The notes beneath the pieces were generated by a model. That model did not search any database. It had not been told where the DNA came from and was given only the letters and a program-made list of their open reading frames with translations. From assembly GCA_012295275.1 (NCBI GenBank), contig CM022672.1:21452001-21516000 (forward strand): DNA of 64,000 bases, in the 5' to 3' direction. Positions 28,766 to 42,379 of the stretch are shown here, one piece after another. This stretch comes from Chrysomallon squamiferum. Taxonomy: Eukaryota; Animalia; Mollusca. The stretch's first letter is position 1. Each line of letters starts with the position of its first letter. A program made the position numbers and the translations under genes.

Positions 28766-31290
28766 GTGTACTAAATTTTCACATTCAAACTGGATCTTTA
28801 CAATTATTTAGATATTTATGTTTTTCTTATATAATTATTAATATTCTGTTGTATTCTCAGAAAGACAAAATGGCATGACTACTTTGATCACTTATGCGAT
28901 CATTGCACAATCATATGTTATAGCTAATAATCATTAATATGAATATCAATAAAATGTTGTTCATTAAGTGCATAACAAAACAGTGGGAGCCAGTATTTTT
29001 AAAATATTAAATTAGACAAATCAGTGCAGAAAAGAAATATTAGTTCAGTAAGGCTTAGCACAATAATTAATTAGAATTATTTAGTATGAAGGTGTATATG
29101 TGAATACAAACACACACATTCATACATACATACATACATACATAGAAACATACATATTCATACATACATACGTACATACATACAAAAATACATACATCCA
29201 TACATACAAAAATACTTATACATACATATTACTCAACACATAACAATTATTTTTTACATGTTACAATTAGTTGTAAAGAATAAAATGTTTGCTCTAGTTT
29301 TTTTGTTAATGATGTCATTAATATTTTTCTATACGTTTCTGAATCTGTGTCTGGAAATGTGTTTATAATTTTTAAAATTATTAATATATTTTTTTACTTA
29401 TATGTTATCCAGATAGAATGTATATGTATATATATATATATATATATTCAGATGTCATCTTTCTAAATCTCTAAGTACAAATCTGAAGGATATAGGCTAC
29501 AACTCAATAGTACAGCTCTAAATACATAACAATGCAATATTTCCTAATCCAACCAGAATTTACTACTGATTAAAAAAAAAAAAAACAGAGTTTACTACCA
29601 ACTGCAAAGGCCATTTAAATAGGAAAGTTCATATCAAAGTCATTTAACTTATCAGATGAAAGAAAGAGACAAAAGATTTCTTGCTGTTGATTGATAAAAT
29701 GCTCATTATACAAGAAAGCTTATGCTTTATATCTAATTACAATTATTAGCATTAAGACATATTCAGGTATGATATAGTAGTTTTTCATTCATTCACTGGG
29801 TTTCAAATATCTGGGTAGGGCAATGACACTAACAAAGTGGCATGTTTAACAATGACAAATTTACACATATGTTAACAGGTGAAGGGTGAATCCAAACTGA
29901 GGGAAATAGTTCATGTTAGGATGAGCTGCAATACTCTGCTCTAAAATTAGACACAGTAACCTAAATTATGGATAAACATTATCAATGCACATTTTTCTAC
30001 CAACCTTTGCAGCTAATTACACCAGTTGCATTAGAACTAATATGCCTGCTGTCAGTCTGAATAAGTAGTAGTAATTTTTAAAGTTTTTATATCATTCTAA
30101 TGATGTCTGACTTTTGTGTTAACTGATGGATAACATTTCACAGATCTGGTGTTAAGTGTATTAGCATGTGACATGATACCAAGATTTGTCAAAGATATGT
30201 GAAACTTAATTTCAGTTTTTTTTCACATTTATTTGATATATTTACATTTTTTTGAGCCTGTACAGAAATGACATGTTTGTTTTGCAGTGGACAATTTTCT
30301 CATTAATGCTGTATTCTGAACGCATTAGATTAAGTATGTGACAATACTGAAAGCACATGAAAGGGTTAATTCATATAAATAAATAATTTATAATTTGAAT
30401 TAAATCTTCCATAGCTTTGTGTTTGGTGACTCTTTAGGTCTAACTAAAAACTTCCAAGCTTATCATGGCACCAATAGCAAGTGCCGTAATTTCGTGGCAA
30501 TAAAACCCTGTTGTCACACACACTTCCTGGTATTCCCTTTCTGTTAATGTCACCGACTATTTCTATACATTTTATAAAAAAGTAGGTTTATTTTGCATTA
30601 ATTACATAATACTTCATGATATTAGTATTATGTTAATTAGGTATATATATATATATATAATCTTAACTTTTAAACTACAAATGTCAAAGTGAAATAGAAT
30701 TAAAACATGGAAAGAGCAGGAGCTTAGTTTGATGGCTGCTAAATGTGCAAAATTGCTAAGATTTTTTGGTGGGTTTATTTTAGGTACAAATGATTCAAAT
30801 AAATATTGTTTTGATTTGTTTTTGGCCACAATGTAGTCATGAGTTGTGGCATCTCAGTTACTTCCATGAAAACTTAATATAAATTATGATACCTTGCTTT
30901 GTCTATTTTGAAAGAAATGTTTGCCTTGGTGTCCTAACATTTCTGATTAAGTACTGTATCTCTATGTATGTAGATATGTGTTTGTGAGTTTGTGTGCATG
31001 TGTATGTGTACATGTATTTATTATGTGTGTGTATGTCTGCTAATTTTTATTTTTTACTTTAACTAAAATTAAATACTGCCTTGTTAAATGTCAAAAAAAA
31101 AAAAAAAAAAAAGATTTCTTCATCTGTCAGTGATTGTAGTTAATTTAGATTACATGTCATTCTAATAACAGCTATTGAACTAAAAAAAAAAAAAGAAAGA
31201 AAGAAAGAAAATCAACAGTGATAATTATAAAAACTGCTCACTGTGAATTATACACTGCATTGTTCAGTATCAGTAATAGCCAGCATGCAG

Positions 31291-31495
31291 AAAAACAAAT
31301 AAAGATTTTTTTGTATTTGTTTTGTTTTTTGTTTGTTTACATTGAAATACTTTAATGAAAAAACAAATAATAATTTTTGTATTTGTTTTGTTTTTTGTTT
31401 GTTTACATTGAAATACGTTAATGAAAAAACAAATAATAATTTTTGTATTTGTTTTGTTTTTTGTTTGTTTACACTGAAATACTTTAATGAAAAAT
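31291..31495. repeat. Tandem repeat, 66-bp unit x ~3
   Basis: gtatttgttttgttttttgtttgtttaca(t/c)tgaaatac recurs at 31313, 31379 and 31445. Confidence 0.95.
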
Positions 31496-33814
31496 TAAGT
31501 TTTCTTTAAAAAAAAAAAAAAAAAAAAAATATTTAAGAAAGGACATTAAAAAAAAATCTTTAAATTTCAAGACTATTTTTTGTTGAGTTATCAAACAATC
31601 AAAATATCAAATGTAACCTTAAGAAATATACATGTATTCATTTATTATGTCAAAAAAATTATACATATACAATACATACTAAAATCATTAACTCAGATTA
31701 TTGCACTAGTCAAGTATTATCCATCAAACCCTCATACTCAACACTCGGTCTGTGTTCAAGACATGAAGGATATAAAACCTCAAGCAGAACATTATTCATT
31801 CAATAAACAAATGTGGTATGTGCAGTAGTTGTCACTATGTAACTGTTTATGTAAATTATAGGTATAAAATTGCTGTAACACATGAGTTATTCTGTTTACG
31901 TGACAAAGGAAAAAAAAAAAAAAGGTCAGTGACATAGAAAACATGTACACAAAGGTATCCCAGTTTCAAGAAACACTGATTATATAAATGGATATTTTTT
32001 TAATTATTTTTTTGCTATACATTACATAAAAATAATAGCAAAAACAAAAATCATGACAAAACTTGTTTAGAAATATTGCTTATGATAATTTTATAAGTTG
32101 TTCTAAAACAATGAAATGTTATTACTTACTTGAAATCAGTGATACATGAAACCAGTACCCACAATCGCCAGAACAGTGACATTAGAAATTCAGATGAGTT
32201 GTGACCGTATATCTATTTTTTTTTTTTTGTCTGTTCAGAAAAATCCCTATTTCAAGAGAAAAAAAAAAAAAAATTTCAGGTTATAATACATGAACCATAA
32301 AATAGTCAAAATATGGTTATTGCATGATCATTCTAAAAATGTCACCATGTCCTGTCTGTGCATCTTTACTTACACATGACTTAAGACATAAGTTTCTGCA
32401 AGACTTGTCAATTACTTCAGTATGTGAAGAAGTGAATAAACCCTTTCTTTAACAGATTTATTGACTGCCTAAAGCAGTTCCTAAAATAATCCATAAAAGA
32501 AAAATATTTAAACCACTTGACACTAAGTTGCACTAATCGTATCAGTTAAAACCATTCATATATCCTTGCTTTTAATAAATTAAGAAAAGTTAGGTCATCA
32601 AAGCAAGGAAGTGAAAAAACTAAATTAGATTATTATCATAGTCATGTTCGTTTTTTCTGTATCACGCTGAGTGCTGGAAAGTAAACAAAAATGTTGGATA
32701 AAAAACAAATTAAAAATTAAAAATCATGTTGGATATCAGCATTGAATTTATTATGTTCAAGAACAACTTAAAAAAGCTATGTGAAGAGGCAGTAGTTTTG
32801 AAGATAACAGACATTATCAAAATTAGATGATGGAGTTTTATTGGCCATATCCATGATACAAATTGGACACATGAGGGGAACATGACTGATCGTAAAAACC
32901 AAAAAGGACTTAGTAATAAATGGTGGAAAAATAATGAGATACATTTTTAATGAAAAAAAGTCTGTGACAGTAGACAAGACAAGACTGCAGAATATTGTAT
33001 GTCTTGTGCTACATGTGCAGCATAATCCACAGTAACATTAATATTAAAACTACCTAACCAATCCTCTTTTGCGGTCCTACTGTGCTATTTCCTACTCTAA
33101 GATCCAGTGCTCCATTATCAATTTATCCTAACAGTGGTAAGGTGTTTAAATAGGATATATTTTTGATAAACAATAATACTCCTCTTTCTTGATATGTGTA
33201 CCCTTATAAAGAAAAAAAAAAAAAAAAGTAGAACTTGTTTGTTTGTCTCTGAATTGAGGTTTTTGATTCGACTTTTTTTGGGGCGAGGGTTGTGGTGGAT
33301 TTTATGGGGTTTTTGGGAGATTTTTTTTTTTTTTTTTTAGGGCAGGTGTTGTTGGAGGTTTTTTGTTCATTAGTGTCCAGTTAATATTAATTAATGAAAT
33401 ATAATTTTAAATAATATGAAGTACAATAACAAAAGACTACAGTTTAAAAACATTTTACACTAGAGACATATTGGCTGGACCTATTTTTTTTTCTCTAATA
33501 CTCATTATGAAAGGGATGAAACAGGACTGTTTGGATATTTTGTAGCAGTATTATTTTATTGCCAATCGTTGTTGTGAGCAATGACAGATCACTGAAAACA
33601 TTAAAATAATAACTTGGAAGAATCTTAGGCATTTAATTCATTCCTTCACAGTACACTGAATTTAAAGTCAATTATTTTAAAATAAAACTATTAACTTATT
33701 TTTTTAAACTGTGTCAAAGAACAGTTGTTTATTAATATTAATACTGTTTTGTTATTTTTTGGTTGCTGTTGGGATATGTTTTATATTTTTTATTATTATT
33801 TTATACATAATAAA

Positions 33815-33855
<41 letters not shown>

Positions 33856-34899
33856 CATTATTATTATTATTTTATGCATGTTGTGTGTGTGTGTGTGTGT
33901 TTATTGTTTCCAAAATTGTCTTACTTTGAACTAAATATGTAACACTTTATATCATTTAAAAAATGTATACTACAAATTATTTTTTTGTAATGCAAGTTTA
34001 TAAATTATTTAAAATATGTAAATTATGTTATTCTATCTGCATATTACTTGTCTAGCCAAATATTATTCTGCTTAATTCTGTCTTTTAAAACATAAAATAC
34101 AAAAAACATATATATATATATATAAAGTTCTTTCACAAAAAGCTGTATTTTTGGTTATGACAATCCAAAAATATAGAAAATTATCTCATCATGATATCTT
34201 GCCACTATTTATTATGATTGCAGGATATATATACATACATACATATACTTTAGTAATGTATATTTTTTGCAACCTAGAAATGTACTATTAGTATAATCCT
34301 TTTGAAAGTAAAACATGAACAAATAATCATCCTTCATGTTCTCTGAAACCAAAGAAAATTTTGTTAAAATTTTAAGAATAATAATTATTAATATTATTAA
34401 TTTTGTAAAACCAAATCAGTTTTGTAAAAAAAAAAAATAATATAATAATAATAACGAAAAAAAAGAAAGAAAAAGGTTATGTAATGTATTTACATTCATA
34501 TCAAAATCGAAAACCCCTATGGGTTGCTGTGTTATATGTATAATGAAGGTCTAACATTTTGTTTAATATATATATTATATAAGTATTTGTTGTAATTTTT
34601 TGTTTTCAATCTCTCAGATATTATATTAACAGCAATTAAAAATAAGATCATAAAATTAAATTTGCATGTAACATGACTTAAAAAATATTTTTTGTTGGAC
34701 CTGAGAACATCTCATTGCATCAGTGCAGACTTCTATGGCTAACGATGCTGATTATATCATACATAAATAAACAAAATGAAGTATATTTTAAAATATATAT
34801 TAAATTTATATGTATCCTAGACAATTACAGTTATTCACTATTCTAAGAATGACCTTTTTTCAAAACATGTACGTAATTTATTTTAATACTGCAAATACT

Positions 34900-35300
34900 T
34901 GTATGGCAGTCTTAGATCAGGGCCCGTAACTAAAACGTAGGAGTATGCTTATCGTACTGTCTGTCAGCATAAATTCGCAAAAACACCGAACAGTAAATTG
35001 TGGGTTCAGTGAAATCAGTAAACAAATATTAAATCATAAAACATATTACTAAAATGACATCTTACCCAAAATAACTGAAGATACGTCATCACGTGGTAAC
35101 ATAAATACGTCCGACAAGAGAAACACTGACGATCTAGGTCAATTCTGACAAATTACCACTATGACCTACACCTTCATTCGGTGAACCCGTGAGGTCACAG
35201 GTACATGTGTACATGTTCGGCTGACGTTGGAGATACATTGTTGACGCTTCAAGTACGATTACGTTATTTAAGTGGAAAGACACTCATCACTTTTATGCTT
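34900..35300 (-). promoter_or_regulatory. Putative promoter/first exon of a large leftward (minus-strand) gene
   Basis: Abrupt rise in CpG; minus-strand donor TGG|GTAAGA (exon end 35066); adjacent CRE-like ACGTCA and E-box CACGTG (35083-35095); AGGTCA/TGACCT half sites at ~35137, ~35162 and ~35192. Confidence 0.5.
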
Positions 35301-36203
35301 GCAAAGTATATGTCCATTAATATGCCGATAATGAAATTAATTTTAATGATGTTATATATTTCAAATGTTATTAATTTTGTTCCTCATAAATTATTTTTAC
35401 ATATTGAATTTTGTTTTCCTCTGACTAGGTGTATCTATAATCTTTATCTAAATCAGTATTGATCATAATTATGTTGTTGAAGTATTGTTATTCAGTGAAT
35501 GAAAGAATTTTGAGATATCTCAGAATAGAATTATATTGTCGTTAACGAATTAGTAATAAGAAATTTGTCACAACTGAGACCAAATAATTAATTAATTTAA
35601 ATGTATAAACTATTTAAAGTTAGACATCGGTGTTTTCTTAAAGAAATTATGCAAAATATATAAATAATATATGCCAATGTATTTCAGGTAGATAGCTAAA
35701 TCGATACATATAGATAGATATACATATACATTTTGTGCTTTTTTTTTTTCTTCATATTTTCAAATACTTATATATTTAAAAATATTAAAAAAAAAAAACT
35801 TTTCTTCTGATTGTCAGTGAACACTTAATTATTTAATTTAGAACTTGTAAAGTAGATAATAAGGACAACAGGCCGAATACTAGATGGCAGATGAAACGAA
35901 AAGATGACGTAATAATTGTTTGATTTATCACTGTTTATGCCAGGTCACACAGAATTTATAAAATATTAAAATACGATACAGATCATTTTATATATATATT
36001 TGTGATATTAAACCAACTGGCGTCACACCGTTTCAGTGAATGACAGTTATGATGTTGATTCGTCTTGGGTTATTCATTTTAAAAATATATTTTATTTATT
36101 GAATTTTATAGATAGATAGACAGAAAAATTCGATAAATAAACATCTTAATAAACAAAAACAAACAAACAAAACCTAACACCACAAAACAAAATTGCCTCA
36201 AAC

Positions 36204-36305
<102 letters not shown>

Positions 36306-38724
36306 GATGAATGTTTTAGAATTTTTATAATTTTTATTTATTATTATTATTTATTTATTTATTTTTATTTTTTTCACCATTTAAAAAAAATATACTTGTT
36401 AAGAATACTGTAGTGTGTATATAAATTATATTTTTATAAATGTATTTTATTTCAAAACGTAATAAAAAATTAAATTGTGTTAAATTGTTTTTATTTTAAA
36501 ATTTTAAATAAGATGTAAATTAAATGTAACAATCTTAGTAATGTAGTACGAAACAATTCCAAAACCTTAACTGTATTATATCAAAGTTATCTGTTACCGA
36601 ACAAATTACATAAGAAAAAAAACAAACAATAAACCAATAATAATAATAACAACAACTACTACTACTACTAATACAGTATAGAGAATACAGTAATTTAAAA
36701 CTGTTCAGAACTGTTTGGCAACTTATAATCTATCTTTCGAGTTTTGGATCATCGAACCATTATTAAAAATAATACGAGTCATGCGTACAATAGAATGACG
36801 TCATATACGTATTATTTTAATTCTTCGTTCTGTCTTGGAACTTTGACACGACTGGAAGACGTAAGTCAAAAGGTATGTCAAAAATGTTTACTTGCTTTGG
36901 TTATCTGCATTAGATATGTTTGTCCTAAACCTCTAAATTAAGAAATTATTTTTAAAATGATAAAATATTTTACTTCTGCTTTTAGTAACAATCTACGAAC
37001 TCTAAAATATCTAACAATTAAGTTCTGGTATTTCTTCGTCTTTTTAAACTTCTTTATTTTGTTTTAGATCCGTAGTAGAGTAATTTGTTCCTGTTTTCCT
37101 GATACTAAATGCATATTAATTGAAATTCGTATTAATAAGCTGAGATTAAGTTAACAGAAAGTTTTTTTTTTTTTTTTTTTTTTTTGTTACCAAATCAACA
37201 ACAGCAATATAAATAATGATAAAAAGATCAGTAACAATAAACTTTTTTTTTACTACACAAATTAAAAATAAAGAAAAAACTGCTGAAAAGATGGTATTTA
37301 CGAAGGCTATGTCTAGATGAAACGACCACTGCCCTTTTGAATTTCTAGCTATGTCACTTTAGAAATTGTATTTTCACGGTACATGATCAGGAGCCCATAT
37401 GCGAAATTTCGAAATCCGAACCATTTCCCGAATTTTCGGACTATTTTGCATACACAAATTTTATTTTATACACAAAACTATTAAAAATATTGTATAGAAA
37501 AATTCCTACAGACTATTTGTATAAACAGTATATGAAATATAAATGGAATTTGTAATAATTTTAGACTTTGATCCTATTCTCAGGCTATCTTTTATATTCT
37601 AAAATACAAAACACACAGTCTCAGTCATATAGATAAAACCTTATTTTTAAATTGCCGTTACCCTCCATCGCGTTTGACAGTAACGCAGTCTTTGTGAATT
37701 TTTCTTTCAAATACGAACATCCTCTAAATGTGTTTTGTTCAGAAATCACTGTATTTGATTGTGAATCTGTGATAAAGAAAACATGAGCTGGATATGAACT
37801 CTGAATGCCTAGAAGAGCGTCATATGAATTTAAACATCTCATTATATCTGAATACCCCTCTATAATTTACATTACGTATCCATAATGAAATACTGTTGTG
37901 GTATGTACAAGAAATGTAACGATAATTATCGTTAACGGATATTTATGTGGTATATAAAGAAAACTATTCATGGAAGTTATTAAGAAATAATAATTACTGA
38001 AAATGAAAGAAATGGTGTGCTCCATTTTTATGATGCATATAATTTTCATTATGAAATTAGTTTCGTTATAAGGAAGAGAGGTCGAATGACAGACGATATC
38101 TTTCTCTATCATCATAATTATAAGACAGAACTCGCACCTGTTGAATTAATATTATACAGTTTCATTTCCGCTGGGTTTTCAAACTGGTTTATCAAAAAGT
38201 CGTGAGCTTACATTTCTTGAGCTTACGTTATTTAATATACCGCTGTATATAATATACATATATGAAAACATCCTCAACCCATAATACACATGTATTTATA
38301 TTATTACCGTGATTATTTATTTATTGAGAGAGAGAGAGGGAGGTGCGTTTCTCGGTGAAAACGATTGCAAAAGAAATAGGAAAAGTGATATATAGCAGAC
38401 ATATTGCGTGCTTTACCACATATTGTAAAAGAGATTAAAAAGCAAAGAAATGTGAAATTGTATATTTTAATATGTTCGTGCCTGGGTACCATAATAAACA
38501 CATTTTCATTCGCATCAAGTTACGTTAATGAAAGCAATATTTTGTTTTTCTCGTAATATGATATATCTGTCTTAGTTGGTTAACAAAATACACTAATATT
38601 AACGGGACGGTGGAAAATAATTTTTTGGCTTTTGTTTGTTCTAGTGAGTACATTTAAGGCGATATAACACTCGGCTGTACTTTGTGATTCGGTCTGTTTA
38701 AGAAGTTGATTTCATAAATGTCAT

Positions 38725-38760
<36 letters not shown>

Positions 38761-38779
38761 AAATGTCTATTTATTTTCT

Positions 38780-40700
38780 CCGATTGCTTTTGATTATACA
38801 TCAAGATCAGCAATGATTATGAGCGATACTGTTTTCAGTAGATAGCTTCTTGTGCCATACATCTTCTTCTGGAGAGTTGTTGTAGTTGCCCAGATAGTCT
38901 CCCTCAGTTGCTGTAGATTTATACAATTTTAGATGACATGTTCCGTTTTCTGTTCTGCTTCTCCCCAAGAGCACATGGAAGAAGATACCAGCCGGAACTT
39001 CTTAAGCATATGCTGGTTCAGCCTGTTGTGTCTAATCCTTGTTCATGTTGGAAGGTCTATAGGGAAATTTAATATGGGATTTTTTCTCTTCATATGACAC
39101 CTAGTTATCCTTCAGTTTTGTTGCAGATCCATAAGAATATATCTGTTTCCATAATGTCTGTGGATATTGTTCATCAGTCATGGCTGGTGTCAGAGCTCTT
39201 TTGTATGGCATACTGTGTTCCTCTCCATTAGTGCAGATCTTTACATTGTTCAATTTTTGGTGATAGTGCTAACTTGATAGATCCCATTAGGTTCCAGCTA
39301 ATATCCTCATTACTGCAAGTTTTCTTCGAGCTTTGCTCTCAGCTTTCTCCTCTTGCGGTTTCCAGGTTGTGTCTTGTCAAAAGTGTCCCCCAGGTATGTC
39401 TGTTGATCCTCATATTGAGGATGGGTGTCATCTAGTTTTAGGTTACACAGCTAGTGAGGCTGATCGGACTGTAGCTGCTAGCTGTAACTATATTCAGTAT
39501 GGATATCAACACCAGTTTCTTATATGTGAGTATATGTCCATCCTCCATTAGAATGATCCAGGGATTCCTCCTTATTTTGTAAACTTCCATAGTTTGGTGC
39601 TGTCCTTTTCAAAGCTGAGTGCAGCAGTTTTATCTCTCCAGTTTTTTTTTTTTCGTCTGGCGCTTTAGGTTGTTGTTTTGGCTCGGGTTAGACTCTGTTT
39701 CTTCCCTTTATTCGGGTGAGTTCATCGAGTGCTATTTGAAGTTTTTCATCCTACTAAAGGTCGCATACATTTTTGTAGTTCTGCCTGGGGCTATGGAGTT
39801 CTGTGGATTTTGCTATCATTTAAGGTTAGGAGGACGACCGGTCGATAGTCATTTCCCCCTAACGGAGGTCCTACTTCTCGACTAGTGATTCTATGGACAT
39901 CATCAGTGCAGAAGGCAAGATCAAGGGAGGTTACGGAATGCCAAAGCTTGTGTGGTTGATCAAGAGGGTCATTAATGGGATTCAGATTTTTATTTGTTCA
40001 TCCTGCCAGCTTTCTCTCTCCTCTCCTCTCCTATCAGTGTTGATGTAACCCCAACAAGGATGAAGTTACTGCCTGACGTTTGGATATCATCAAGGGAGAG
40101 TTATTTGTCATTTGGGCAGTAAACATTTACAATGTGAAGCTGTTCATTTTTTCTTTGATTTTGACCTCAATGAATTCAGCTGCCTCCATAAATATGTTAT
40201 TTCTAACCAGAGGCACTGATGTTATATCTAATCAGAGTGACTACCCCACCCTTGGTTCTTCCATTGGGATAGCTTCTGAAAGTCTGATAGCTTCTGACCT
40301 TGAAAACTCGTCAATTCTTTCAGATGGGATTCTTGGATTCAGCAGATGTTGATCTGGTTTTCAGTGCTGTAGTGTTTACTTCCTTGTCCCCTCGTTCTTT
40401 TTGACAGTCGGGAAGGACTCGCAGTAGCCGAAGATGCGCTCCCTCGAGATAAGGTCACCACAGAGCGAGCACCGGTCACGTCATTATTGTCCTGAAATGT
40501 AGTCCTAATAACTGTTGGTGATGTGTATTGTGATCTGCCAATATTTCTGACTTCAGCACTTGAAGGTTCCGTTAGAGTTTTCTCACCCTTAGTCCAGATC
40601 TCTCTACCCACTGCCTGTGCAGCATGGGTGTCCATAACAGAAGCCAAAGCTTCTGCTGGCACAACTCTTTGAGACATACAAACCCTTCACCACCACGTCA
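38780..40700 (-). mobile_element. Degenerate non-LTR retrotransposon (LINE, APE endonuclease + reverse transcriptase), internally deleted
   Basis: Minus-strand fragments in the expected order: SYQTFRS...TKGGVVTLIR and HIVNVYCPND (APE endonuclease), GGNDYRPV (SDH-box-like) and ASSYSPISLTSCV (YRPISLTS pre-RT motif). Many stops and frameshifts. A (TAAA)n tract sits at the 3' side (~38724-38760). Confidence 0.82.
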
Positions 40701-41437
40701 AGGAATGGAGTATGAAGAGAATTATTATTATTATTATTATTGATATTATTAATAGTAGTAGTAGTAGTAGAAGTAGTAAGTTTGTGCGTTTGTAGAAGTT
40801 TGTTACTGCTACTACAAAACTGCTACAAGTACTACATTTATTACTATCACTAAAATAAAATAAAACAATAAAACATTATAAAATCATTATAACAACAGTA
40901 AACGAACACGTTCCCAGCACTTAGGCTAAAATGATTATTTTCAAGAAGCTGAAAATCATATCAACTTAATAAAATAACGAAAGACGGTTGCATTATCTAG
41001 AAACTGGAAGCACTGAAAGAATAAATACTAATGCAGAAATGGTCAAAGATATCTTTATTTTAAAACATTTTCATATTTAATTTTGTCTAATCAAATCCAA
41101 GGAAAATAAATTTTTCGAAGCTACGGTGCAATCTAGCTGCCATGCAATGCAATTCAGTAATCATAACTTATAAAGAAAAGTGTTATTTTCATTATTTTCC
41201 TCTTATCAGAGAAAAAATTGTTTGTTATTTATAAACATCAAACATCAAAGAAGGGAAATGCTGAGATTCATCTTGATTCAGAAAGTCCATGTATCTGTAT
41301 GCTTCCATTCAACTACTTATTTACCGTATAAAAGAAAAATGTTTTTTATTTAATACATGTTACTCTCTCTCTCTCTCTTCCATTCAACTCTCTTATTTCT
41401 CTCTCTAAAAGAAAAAATGTTTTCTATTTATACATGT

Positions 41438-41579
<142 letters not shown>

Positions 41580-41765
41580 AATACACACAGAGAAAATTCG
41601 GAAACGCATATCTGTTCAGACATTCATATCACTATTAAAATTCACTGGACTGTACAGAAACATTATTATTATTATTATTATTATTGTAGAAAATCTCATA
41701 TCACTTTTCACAAACACACTGCACTGTGCACGCAGTGCTACAATGACACTATCAACAAGTATATA

Positions 41766-42127
41766 TCACTGTTCAAAAACACATACCAACATTAAAAAAC
41801 AAACACCGCTTCTCACAAATACAAACCACTCTTCATATCTGTATGCATATAACAGACACCACTTTTCACAAACACATATCACAGTTAGCACATACATATT
41901 ATTTACAAATACATACCACTGTTCACAAATAAACATCTTTTTATATTCAGCAGGATGGTCGTTGAATTTTCTGCTGTAACTCGTTAAATCCATGTAATTT
42001 TCTTTGTTCAAGTAATTATCAGGCTGACCAATGGACCAGTTATACTCCAGCTTTGGGTTAAACTTCTCACCGCTTCCTGCCCAAAGCCACTTTCCTTCTT
42101 CTATTGCGTCAGTTCCACCAGTCCATA
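41766..42127 (-). CDS. C-type lectin gene exon 6 (CTLD C-terminal half + tail, stop)
   Basis: VWTGGTDAIEEGKWLWAGSG...YNWSIGQPDNYLNKENYMDL...KFNDHPAEYKKMFICE: WIG-like, QPD, WND-like (FND) and FICE motifs. The six exons sum to 1038 nt (345 aa + stop) with consistent phases. Confidence 0.92.
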
Positions 42128-42379
42128 CTGGAGAAAAAATAAAAAATAAAATAAAAATAAAAATAAATAAATAAATTAGAATTAACTGCGAATGTCACAG
42201 TAGGAACGCCATCAATCTGACGAATGAAATAACTTAATAGTCAGCATCTGCTTTAGTTTCAGATTAAAGACTCTTGTAGAAAATATGCTTAATAACACTT
42301 GAATGTTAATAAAAAAAAAATTATAAAAAAATCTACTAATTAATTTTTCTCTGGTTTATTCTTTTATATTTTTAAACAA

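Noticed and set aside
31291-31495. Regularly spaced repeats superficially like a CRISPR array
   Set aside because: Head-to-tail 66-bp tandem copies without unique spacers; no cas genes; eukaryotic context.
37621-37842. 73-aa minus-strand ORF with GNGN string
   Set aside because: No convincing family motif or splice context; probably TE-derived or random.
40339-40677. 112-aa Ser/Thr/Arg-rich ORF as an independent gene
   Set aside because: Lies directly 5' of, and co-oriented with, LINE endonuclease motifs; better explained as part of the retroelement.
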